64,000 nt of DNA from Scyliorhinus canicula (taxonomy: Eukaryota). The stretch is taken from positions 43,753,306 to 43,817,305 of the forward strand of contig NC_052154.1 in NCBI RefSeq assembly GCF_902713615.1. The letters run 5' to 3'. The translations under genes and the position numbers were made by a program. A model generated the notes under the pieces. That model saw nothing but the letters and a program-made list of their open reading frames with translations, was not told the DNA's origin and did no database searches. Shown piece by piece: positions 39,501-47,058 of the stretch (position 1 is the stretch's first letter; the number at the start of each line of letters is the position of its first letter).

Positions 39501-42500
39501 CCCTGATATCCTTTGACTCCCTTGTTAGTCAAAAATCTACCTCGGCTGAAAAGATATTCAATGACCCTGCCTCCACCACTCTGGGAAGCGAGGTTGATCC
39601 TCAAGAGAAAATAAATTCTCCTTGTCGCCATCTTAAATAGGGGACCCCTTATTTTAAAACTGTGTCATCCCGTTCTAGTCTCTCTCAAAGGGAGAAACAT
39701 GCTTTCAGCATCCACCTGTTAAATTCCCTCAGGATCTTCTATGTTTCATTAAGATCACCTTTCATTCCTCAAAACTCCAATGCATACAAGCCCAGGCTGT
39801 CCAAACTTTTCTCATAAAGTAAACTCCATTCTAGTTAATCAGTCAAGTGAACCTTCTCTGAAATGCTTCTAATGCATTTATGTTGGGCAAGATCTAATGG
39901 CTGTTCCGCACTTGAACCAGGGCGTGATTCGGCCGGTAAATCCCGCGAGAAGCCTTGTGAGATTTAACAGGATCCAACAGGTTGGCAGTGCCAAGGTGCC
40001 CGGGTGACATTTTGCCCAAGCTGGGGATCGGGCCCTGGGGTGCCCAGCCTTTATTAGGTGGGGTGTGGAGGGTTCGATGACTCCCTTATAGGTGAGTTCT
40101 GATGTCGGGTATCTTGAAATAGCGGTGCCATTTAAAAATGGCGCCCCAATCTCATCCTGCAGCGGCAAGCAGAGCTCCTCAGTGTAGTAAATGAGACTAA
40201 GTGCGGCCGTGGCAGGACCTTTCCCGCTAAAGCCCCAAAATACAACAGAGTCCCATTAGATGGTGGGGTCTTTCTCTGTGCTGTGAGCACCAAGAAACAC
40301 CCGGCTAAACGCACTCGACAGGACACTGTGTTCCATTTCTGTTAAATCGCGACCACCCTTTCTTAAATAAGGAGACCAAAACAGTACACAGTCCGCCAGA
40401 TGTGGTCACAACCAACTCTGCACAACTGTGGCAAAATATCCTTTCTTTAATATTCCACTCCTCTTGCAATAAACAACACCATTCCATTTGCCTTCCTAAT
40501 TACTTCCTGTCCCTGCATACTAACCTTTTGTGATTCATGTAACAAGGCACTCAGATGCCTCTGCATCTCTGAGTTCTGTAAACTCTCTCCACCAAAATAA
40601 TATACTTTTCAATTACAGTCATACCGCAGAGGAAACCGCCCTTTGGCCCATCTTGCCACCAAAGTGGACAAGCTCACATTTTCCAACGTTATACACTATT
40701 TGTTGTCTATTCAACAAACCTATCAATATTCCTTTGCTCCTTATGTTCTCTTCACAACTTACTTTCCTATCTGTTTTTGTATCATCAGCAAATTTAAGAA
40801 CCATACATTTGGTCCCTCCATCCATGTTAGTGATACAATCTGCAAATCGTTGAAGTCCCAGCACCAATCCCTGTGGTACTCCACTTGGCACATCTTGCAA
40901 AATGACTTATTTATGCCTACTATCTATTTCCTGTCAGCTAACCAATCCTCTATCAATGACAGAATGTTATTCTCTACATCATGAGCTCTTATTTTGCATA
41001 GTAACCTTGGTATTGACACCATGTCAAATGCCTCTCATATGACAGAGTGCATCCCAGTGGCTATTTGAATCTGCAGAAATGTACTTGCACCAGGGCTGCA
41101 CGGTAGCACAATGGTTAGCACTGCCGCTGCACAGCACCAGGGTCCCAGGTTCGATTCCCGGCTTGGGTCACTGTCTGTGCGGAGTCTGCATGTTCTCCCC
41201 ATGTCTGCATGGGTTTCCTCTGGGTGCTCCGGTTTCCTCCCAGAAGTCCCAAAAGACATGCTGTTAGATAATTTGGACATTCTTAATTCTGCCTCCATGT
41301 ACCCGAACAGGAGCCAGAATGTGGTGACTAGGGGCTTTTCACAGTAACTTCATTGCAGTGTTAATGTAAGCCTACTTGTGACAATAAAGATTCTTATTGT
41401 TATAAGATAACTTCAGTTAATTCAACGTGCTTGGACGTTAATTTGGACGTGCTTATCTCACAGAGATTCCTGAAAGCTTTTTCTTTAGCTCAGTTAGGTG
41501 ATGGCAAATTACCTGCCATTTTAGAGAAAACTGTGAGTTCAATTGAGAATATTTGCATTTCTGAACTTTTCTCATCAATACGTTTGACACGTCCCAAAGT
41601 CAACTCGAATTCTTATTTACATTAATATTTCCGGTTGTTGTTAGTGTATCTTAACACCCACATACATTTCTTTTACCCATTGGGGAATAGTGGTGGAAGT
41701 AGTGGATGGATTTCCGAGCTGATTATCAGCCCACTGAATCATGTTGCACATTCCTTCTGTGGTCAGCAAGTCGTGGTGCTGGACTCAAACCCAGAACTTC
41801 TGGTCCAGAGGTAGGGCCGGTACCATAGCACCACAAGGTCTTATTGCATCTCTGGTATATATATTTTTTAAAAAACGCCAAATACAGTTCCTGAAGGATT
41901 GCACTTCAGGCATTTTCCTCACTCACCTGTTACTGCCAGAGTAACTCTCCCCATTGCTTTATCAGAAAGTATTGTAACTGTGCAGGAGTATGACCCAATG
42001 TCATGAATTGTAACATTTTTTAGAAGTAAAGAAGCATTTGCTTTGCTTATTTCATTTATAGATAGACTTGATCCTGATCTACAGCTTTCATAATCTCCAA
42101 AGTCGAACAAGCAAACTGCTTTTTCATCATCACCCACTCTGTGGTTCCATTCAATCACAATGTATCTCAAATCAAGTTCAACTGTGTGCGTAAATAGGCA
42201 GCCAAGCAGGACATCTTCATTGATTGTGGCATTGATAGCTGGGACGACCACCACCTCCAGGGAAGCTGCACGAAAAAAATATGTGTTAGAAAAAAAGCTC
42301 AAAACATGGTCAATAAATCATGAACAGGAATCATTGGGCTGGATTCTTCTTCCCCACCCGCTGCAGGATCGCAACGGGCGGGACGCGGACCATGCAAAGG
42401 TCCTCTGACCACGGGCAGGAATTTCCAGTCGCCGGGCGGGTACTGCCGGAGAATCCCTCCCATTGGTTTTTCATCAGAGTTCTGTGGAGGGAGAAACAGC

Positions 42501-45500
42501 TAACAATTTAACGACCGCCAGGGATGGCAAAATGTAGGGGGGGGGGGGGGGGCATGTGGGACACCTCAACCACTTTTAAAAATATATTTCCGACAATACA
42601 ACAGTGGCTATCCTTTAAAAGAATACTTCATTGGCTGTAAAACATTTTATCACATCCAGAGGGCATGAAAACGCAATTTTTATGCAATCTTTCTTTAGTT
42701 TTTGTTCTCCGGCCTGCGGCCAGCCAACTGGATAGGTGTGTGGCGGGAAGAAGGTTTTGGGGAAGGGGAGGAATGACCGTGATTAGGAGTTGGGGGAGGT
42801 TGGTGATTGGGTGGGATGGGGCAAAGACTTTTTTTGGGAGGGATGAAAGAGGTTAGTGATTGGGTTTGGAAGGGGTAGATGCCATTGGGTCCGGAATATA
42901 GGGACCACTGTTCTTGCAAACCTCATAACTAGGGATGTGGCGAGGGCTTTCAATTAAATAGAGGGGTGGAAATAGGATATGTGGGCTTGCAAAGCAAAAG
43001 GATACAGCAGCATTTCAAGGCAGCTATTTAATGATACCCAGAGTGTGACAGGAAGGGATAGTGTACAATCATTTAAAAATGATCAAAAAGGAAAAAAAAT
43101 GGTAACTAGGCCAAATTAATGGCTCTTTACTTTCATGCATTTAGTATTCGGCACAAAATAAATGAATGAATAACACAAGTTGAGGTTAATGGGAATGATT
43201 TTACAGCCATTACAGCGACATGGTTACAAGGAGATCAAAACTGGGAACTAAATATTCAGGCTTATGTAACTTTTTGTAAGGACAGGTGTAGTAATCCACG
43301 GGAATATTTTCCATCGTACGCTGGAATATAGCGCAGGCTGATGACACTCCAAAAGGTAGTCTAGTATAACAAAAAAGGCCCTTCAGGGTGTTGATCGTAG
43401 CGAACTTCTGGGAGCCCTTGTCCAGTTTTAACGGCAGGTAGGCGTGGCTCATGTCTAGTTTCGTGAACAAAAGCCTACCTGCCAATTTGGCATATAGGTT
43501 GTCTATTTTCGGGATTGGGTATTTGTCCAGCAGTGCGTATTTGTTTACTGTCTGTTCGAAATCTCGACAGAGACGTATCGAGCCGTCTGGCTTCAAAATT
43601 GGTACCACCGGCGCTGCCCATTCCAAGAATTGTACTGGTCTGATAATGCCGTCGCGCCGTAACCTTTCTATTTCATCATCTACTTTCTTCCTCAATGCAA
43701 AAGGTACCGGCCTGGTCTTACAAAATTTCGTAAGGGCTTTTGGGTCCACGTGCAAAGTTGCTTTGGTGCCTATGATTTCCCCCAAACCTTCCTGAAAGAC
43801 CGCCGGGTATTTTTGGAGTACTCCACTCAACTGCCCGCTTCCACTCTGGAAAATTTTCACCCAATCTAATTTTAGGTCTTTCAGCCAGTTCCGTCCAATT
43901 AAGCTCGGTCCGGAGCCCTCTACTATCGTCAACGGTAATCTGAGCAATTGTTTCTCATATTCCACAGGTACATGAGTCGTGCCTAGAACTTCCAGGGGTT
44001 GCCCCGTGTAGGTTTTAAGTTTCGTCGATGTTTTTGTTAGAGTTAGTGGCTGGAGTCCATCTTTGATTTTTCTAAATGCTGCCACTCCCATTACTGATAC
44101 GGCCGCACCCGTGTCTATTTCCATTATTGTCGGCCGCCCGTTCACCCGTGGGGTAATCCTGATGGGTTCTGCTTTCTTCGTTGTAATATTATATAATTGT
44201 TCCCCTTCGGAGGAGGATGGGGCGTCTAGGTTGTGTACTTCTCTGCGTCCCCACCTGCTATTCCTCTTTTGCCACCTCCTTCTAGGGTTTCTGTCATTGT
44301 TACCCCACTCTGTCTGGTGCCAGAAACGGTCCTTCTCTGTTGGGGGAGCCTCAGCCGGTATTTCCCTCTGTCTCCAGTTAGTCCTGGCAGACTTGGGGGC
44401 AGTTCTGGGGTTTTCTTTTTTCCCTCTATTCCTCAGGTTTTTCCTGAGAGCGGCTATCTGGTAGCAGGACCCGTTGTGGTGGTCCCTCTCACAGGTATCT
44501 ACCTCCATTGGCGTGCCCTGTAGTTCCTGCGCCCCACTTGCTGCCTTAGGCAGCACGGTAGCATTGTGGATAGCACAATCGCTTCACAACTCCAGGGTCC
44601 CAGGTTCGATTCCGGCTTGGGTCACTGTCTGTGCAGAGTCTGCACATCCTCCCCGTGTGTGCGTGGGTTTCCTCCGGGTGCTCCGGTTTCCTCCCACAGT
44701 CCAAAGATGTGCAGGTTAGGTGGATTGGCCGTGAAAAATTGACCTTAGTGTCCAAAATTGCCCTTAGTGTTGGGTGGGTTTACTGAGTTATGGGGATAGG
44801 GTGGAGGTGTTGCCCTTGGGTAGGGTGCTCTTTCCAAGAGCCGGTGCAGGCTCAATGGGCCGAATGGCCTCCTTCTGCACTGTAAATTCTATGTAAATTT
44901 TCTAGGGACAGTGCGAGCTGTAACGCCTGCCTGCAGTCTAGCTCCGTTTCCGCCAACAGGCGTTTCTGCATTGTGAGGTCGTTTATACCACACACTAACC
45001 GGTCCCGAAGCATTTCATTTATTGTCGGGCCGAACTCACATTTTTCCGCCAGCCTTCTCAGGCAGGTCAAGAAATTCGTGACTGACTCCCTGTCTTCCCG
45101 CTTCGCTGTGTAGAATCTGTACCTACGCAAAATGAGGGGTGGTTTTGGGTCGTAGTGCTGTTTCACCAATTCCGTTACTTGTTGGAAAGTTTTCGTGTCC
45201 GGCGCATCGGGATAAGACAGACTACGTATAATGGCGAAAGCGGAGGGTCCACACGCCGACAGCAGGATAAGCCGTCTCCTTTCGTCCGTCAGTATATCAT
45301 TTGCCCGGAAGACGTAACACATTCTCTTCACATACTGGGGCCAGTCCTCAATAGCCGGGTCGAATGCCTCTAACCTCCCAAAAAACGGCATTTTTAAAAT
45401 GGCAAGGCTTACCCTCCGAGTGCGGCAGCTGGTCTCTGCAAAATTCGTAGTTTACCTCGTCGCCACTGTAGTAATCCACGGGAGGCAGGAGTTCCGTCAC

Positions 45501-46824
45501 CCCACCAATATTTATTTACAATAACGATATTACAGGAGCAAACAGTGCTGCTAGCAGTCCAGTCAACTTAAGACTCTTCGCAAAGCCTACACAGGTGATT
45601 ATATGGGCCCCCTCAATTGGCCAACCAATAAAGTCAATTGGAGTTCATTACAACAGGCAAGATGGAAAGGTTGGTGGGGTAGCTTTGTCCATATGGCATG
45701 GAATAAGCACAATCGCAAGAAATGATCTTGGATTGGAAGATGTAGAATCCATATGGGTAGAGATTAGAAATAACAAGAGGAAGAAGAGACATTGGTGGGA
45801 GTAGTCTGTATGCACTCAAACAGTTGCTACACTGTGGGACATAGAATAAATCAGGAGACAAGGAGGACAGTAAAAAAAGAGCAGTACATTAATCTTGGGT
45901 GACTTTAATCTTCGTGCTGATTGGGAAAATCAAATTGGCAAAAGTAGCCATGAGGAAGAATTCATAGAGTATTCAGGACAGTTTTCTAGACAAATATGTT
46001 GTGGATTCGACCAGGGAACAGGCTATTTTGGATCTGGTAATGTGTAAAGAAGCAGGTTTAATAAACAATCTCAAAGTAAAAAATCCCAGAGGAAACAATG
46101 ACCATAACATGGTATAATTTCACATTCAGTTTGAAGAGTGAGAAACTGGGACAGAACTATGCAAAACCTAAACAAGTGCAATTATAAAGGATTTGAGGCA
46201 TAGTTGACTGGAGTGAACTGGGAAAGGAACTTAGCAGAAAAGAAGGTTGATCACCAATGGCAGATATTTCTGAAAATAGTTCATAACTCGCTCCTTAACA
46301 TTTTTGGGTCCGCTGCTTCCTGTATCTTTCTGGGTGAGGTTGAGTCTTGGGGCTGCTGGTGTTGGCGAATATTTCCCAGTTTGTCTGCTTCATTCTGGAA
46401 TCTGTTTGATGTTTATGCAAAAAAAAACTGACCAGACCAGAAAGTTTTTGTGGATGGTGAGGAAAGGACAGAACTGGCAAACTAGAAGAGTATGTACAAT
46501 ACATGTTAGAGGCGCAGTCACAGCCATTTGTGACTTCCTGTTTCCTTAAGATAGTTCAGCTGAAAAGAAAACTTCAGGAAGACAGTCTTTTTGGTAATTC
46601 TGAAATATATCAAGCATTAGGTTTATTTTTATCATCAAAAATAACATTAACCGGAATAATTATGTATCTTTCCACCTATGGAATGAATCCCTCGTACGAA
46701 GGTTTACTTTTACCCCGCCCAGAAGTGACTTCCTTATTCGTAGCAACAAAGGCGAAGGAATTCTTCACTCACCTGCTAAAGAAACTATGCAAAATATCCC
46801 GAGTTGTACTAGAAAGTAGTTCAT
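3192..46824 (-). CDS. Predicted 13-coding-exon gene: signal peptide-IgV-IgC1-TM-degenerate IgC1-CARD-NACHT-LRR (transmembrane Ig-NLR), 1314 aa
   Basis: Exons 46824-46773, 42265-41927, 32105-31776, 28043-27939, 25925-25491, 24580-24143, 21333-19596, 16363-16277, 14824-14741, 14606-14523, 12370-12287, 6591-6508 and 3276-3192 all have canonical AG/GT boundaries. Phases are compatible (six phase-1, then six phase-2 introns). Lengths sum to 3945 nt (1314 aa + stop) with no internal stop. That this is one transcript is an inference. Confidence 0.8.
3790..4900. mobile_element. CR1 LINE 3' fragments in both orientations with a SINE (4101-4420, +) between them
   Basis: CR1 ORF2 C-terminal motifs (EMRKCFFTQRVLGFWDSL; RVVNLWNS-like). 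The SINE has a tRNA-like head with B box GGTTCGATTCC. Confidence 0.75.
5490..5712 (-). mobile_element. tRNA-derived SINE (shark HE1-like family)
   Basis: Reverse-strand tRNA-like head (GGTTCGAATCCC) and shared body ggtggattggccatgctaaattgcccc. Similar copies at 12978-13210(+), 14160-14360(-), 36350-36735(+), 41090-41400(+), 44549-44897(+), 48850-49070(-), 54910-55180(-), 55215-55525(-) and 56666-56980(+). The family name is a recollection. Confidence 0.8.
6508..6591 (-). CDS. Ig-NLR LRR exon (LGDNDITEKGSGYFRSALEMNDTLEEL)
   Basis: 84 nt, phase 2-2, acceptor tacttgtttgtag, donor TG|GTAAGA. Confidence 0.92.
7350..8060 (-). mobile_element. LINE ORF2 3' end (L2/Crack-like), degraded
   Basis: Frameshifted ...SPTTLKKLNTAQDK / LIGTTSTTLNIHSLHH...TIYKMHCSNSPRLLRQHL... 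RT C-terminal region. Confidence 0.6.
8530..12105. mobile_element. Degenerate PIF/Harbinger DNA transposon: Myb/SANT-like gene (+) and DDE transposase (-) convergent
   Basis: Left end gggtgagattctcc. MAARKATPRFTDAKLET...WAQVAEAVSA (Myb/SANT-like) at about 8768-8940. HARBI1-like PLAVKV...FYTT...QASSGDLSRISQTSVHRYI at 11599-11817 (-). Many frameshifts and a SINE/LINE insert near 8950-9320. Confidence 0.75.
12287..12370 (-). CDS. Ig-NLR LRR exon (LQFNKIGDEGAKYMAQAMKTNRSLVEL)
   Basis: 84 nt, phase 2-2, acceptor tttgtcctacttcag, donor AG|GTAAGC. Confidence 0.93.
14523..14606 (-). CDS. Ig-NLR LRR exon (LRANTVGAKGARSIAEALEINTTLRVFG)
   Basis: 84 nt, phase 2-2, acceptor ctttgttttcacaag, donor GG|GTATGT. 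Confidence 0.92.
14741..14824 (-). CDS. Ig-NLR LRR exon (RLKHNSIREKGAAQIAEALKTNSSLKTLG)
   Basis: 84 nt, phase 2-2, acceptor aattttcacag, donor GG|GTATGT. Confidence 0.93.
15016..15614. mobile_element. CpG-rich Harbinger-type MITE
   Basis: TIR-like ends gggccggggttctcc / gaattccacccc, GC/CpG-rich interior, related to the copy at 57239-57840. Confidence 0.65.
16277..16363 (-). CDS. Ig-NLR LRR exon (SLEGNMLEDEGAEIIANALKNETCRIEIL)
   Basis: 87 nt, phase 2-2, AG/GT boundaries, ribonuclease-inhibitor-type LRR. Confidence 0.92.
16850..17320 (+). mobile_element. Penelope-like element 3' fragment
   Basis: LKIVSQ...LCVLEATYIN.CRQKEHVHILRLFQL resembles the C-terminus of the PLE GIY-YIG domain. Confidence 0.6.
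17318..17490 (+). mobile_element. Short tRNA-derived SINE (second family)
   Basis: ggggctggtttagcacaatgggctaaa...ggttcaattccc A/B boxes, with tail ttcacagtaacttcattg...gtgacaataag. Confidence 0.75.
19596..21333 (-). CDS. Ig-NLR exon 7: FISNA-like segment + NACHT NTPase + HD1/WHD/HD2 + first LRRs
   Basis: Walker A GVAGIGKS, Walker B LFLFDGLDE, sensor-1 LITSRP, EILGFS, FFHLTHQEFFAALY, LRFTAGL and HCLYE. Preceded by a FISNA-like FTSLVI...EHEL...IDLKQLL segment. Single 1738-nt exon, phase 1 to phase 2 (TTG AG|GTATTG), as is typical of NLR NACHT exons. Confidence 0.96.
21555..22190 (-). mobile_element. CR1 LINE 3' end
   Basis: YSLEFRRLRGDLIETYKII...RTRGHSLRIRGGKFRTEMRRHFFSQRMVGLWNSLP, plus a cttatggt-type 3' microsatellite tail. 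Confidence 0.9.
24143..24580 (-). CDS. Ig-NLR exon 6: CARD-type death-fold domain plus linker
   Basis: AIEEGRRTLVNYI...LLHLLMSKKIISEGDHNEIK...KGRTLLDMLSHRGQQSSAEFLEVL matches the six-helix CARD pattern. 438 nt, phase 1-1, acceptor tcattcttaacag, donor GAAG|GTAAGT. Confidence 0.85.
25491..25925 (-). CDS. Ig-NLR exon 5: degenerate IgC1-like domain (predicted cytoplasmic)
   Basis: VAPKVTD...LACAVLWFKPKAINISWYR...SGAYSLISQLT...YSFEVQHDAL...LEIK keeps the C1 pattern, but the F-strand Cys codon is TTT (Phe) and there are about 35 extra residues. 435 nt, phase 1-1, acceptor gtttgtttttcag, donor G|GTGAGC. Confidence 0.85.
26190..26960 (-). mobile_element. CR1 LINE 3' end
   Basis: LERVQKRFTRMLP...RGDLIEVYKIMRG...FTQRVVSAWKKLPGEVVEA. 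Confidence 0.9.
27939..28043 (-). CDS. Ig-NLR exon 4: transmembrane helix GSKPRSG-ILLTFLLTCVITAVVCVATFNFY-SRKIK
   Basis: 105-nt phase 1-1 exon (acceptor gtcttgcatttttacag, donor AAG|GTAAAT). It encodes about 23 apolar residues followed by basic RKIK (positive-inside rule). Too short for the ORF track. Confidence 0.85.
30131..30836. mobile_element. Harbinger-type MITE with TAA target-site duplication
   Basis: TIRs GGGCGCGATTCTCC / GGAGAATTTCACCC, flanked by TAA on both sides (30128-30130, 30837-30839), the PIF/Harbinger TSD signature. Nested in an older Harbinger derivative (about 30105-31585). Confidence 0.88.
31776..32105 (-). CDS. Ig-NLR exon 3: Ig C1-set domain
   Basis: APPTVSV...IICEMKHFYPEDHSLSWLK...NQDGTFNLLSFL...SYVCQVSHEAL...LTIK contains the C1-set motifs CxxxxFYP, W, DGTF and YxCxVxH. 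330 nt, phase 1-1, acceptor ttatgtctttgtag, donor G|GTGAGT. Confidence 0.93.
32613..33339. mobile_element. Harbinger-type MITE, same family as 30131-30836, opposite orientation
   Basis: TIRs GGGCGCGATTCTC / GGAGAATCGCGCCC. The interior aligns by eye with the reverse complement of 30131-30836. Confidence 0.85.
34986..37115. repeat. 39-bp minisatellite (about 35 copies in 34986-36352, remnants to about 37115), interrupted by a SINE and a solo LTR
   Basis: Consensus approximately TATTCCTACAGTTCTATCTGTATCCATAACTGTCCCTCG with degenerate copies. Confidence 0.92.
36752..36990 (+). mobile_element. Solo LTR with 5-bp TSD ATAAC
   Basis: Starts TGTTAG, has AATAAA at 36947-36952, ends ...CTACTAAA (a degenerate CA end). 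ATAAC lies at 36747-36751 and 36991-36995. Confidence 0.7.
37858..39063. repeat. 603-bp head-to-tail tandem duplication of an L2-like LINE fragment
   Basis: Units 37858-38460 and 38461-39063. The paired ORFs are offset by exactly 603. About 7 substitutions seen between the copies. Confidence 0.92.
39193..39270. repeat. 26-bp x3 tandem repeat
   Basis: CTGTAATGCAGGAAACATGGCACCAA repeated three times. Confidence 0.9.
41927..42265 (-). CDS. Ig-NLR exon 2: Ig V-set domain (B7/tapasin/butyrophilin-like)
   Basis: ASLEVVVVP...LLGCLF...IEWNH...NASLLLKNVTIHDIGSYSCTV...VTLAVT: B-strand Cys, C-strand Trp, DxGxYxC motif, an extra Cys pair and three N-glycosylation sequons (NAT, NAS, NVT). Acceptor ttttttcgtgcag, donor G|GTGAGT, 339 nt, phase 1-1. 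Confidence 0.92.
43170..46200 (+). mobile_element. CR1 ORF2 endonuclease region split by the Gypsy insertion
   Basis: Degenerate AIT.TWLQGDQNWELNIQ.Y...KDR|QDGK.GGVA...GDFN APE-type endonuclease motifs continue across the TSD. Confidence 0.75.
43287..45652 (-). mobile_element. Internally deleted Ty3/Gypsy element with tRNA-Ser PBS, inserted into a CR1
   Basis: 5' LTR 45652-45467; PBS TGGCGACGAGG at 45465-45455; gag 45391-44852; SINE insert; protease IDTGAA; RT to ...LPFGVSSACAIFQRTMENI; then only 17 bp of 3' LTR (43303-43287). TSD ACAGG at 43282-43286 and 45653-45657. Confidence 0.92.
46773..46824 (-). CDS. Ig-NLR exon 1: signal peptide MNYFLVQLGIFCIVSLA
   Basis: ATG at 46824 with A at -3, 17 mostly hydrophobic codons plus G, then donor AG|GTGAGT (phase 1). 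This is the usual Ig-superfamily leader exon layout. Confidence 0.85.
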
Positions 46825-46869
46825 CGTCCCGCTTATCTTTAAAATCGATTTGTGAAAGGACTACATGAT

Positions 46870-47058
46870 TCGCAGGTGGACAACGCACATTTACCAAAGG
46901 TCGCAGGTGGAAAGTGAAAGTGAAAGCGAGTTACAAAAGAGGAAAGGGGCGGCGCATTCATAAAGCGCAAGATGGATTTGAACAAAGGTTTGCCACCATT
47001 TCATTGTGCATTCGGAAACACATGAAAAAAAGGGATGAAAACAGAAATTGATGCAAAT
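46870..47058 (-). promoter_or_regulatory. Putative proximal promoter of the Ig-NLR gene: triple IRF-E/ISRE, 2 E-boxes, PU.1-like site, GC box, octamer
   Basis: On the + strand: GAAAGTGAAAGTGAAAGC at 46910-46927; direct repeat TCGCAGGTGGA at 46870 and 46901 (CAGGTG E-boxes); AAAAGAGGAAAG at 46935-46946; GGGGCGG at 46946-46952; ATGCAAAT at 47051-47058. All lie within about 235 bp upstream of the ATG. Function is inferred from motif match only. Confidence 0.65.
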
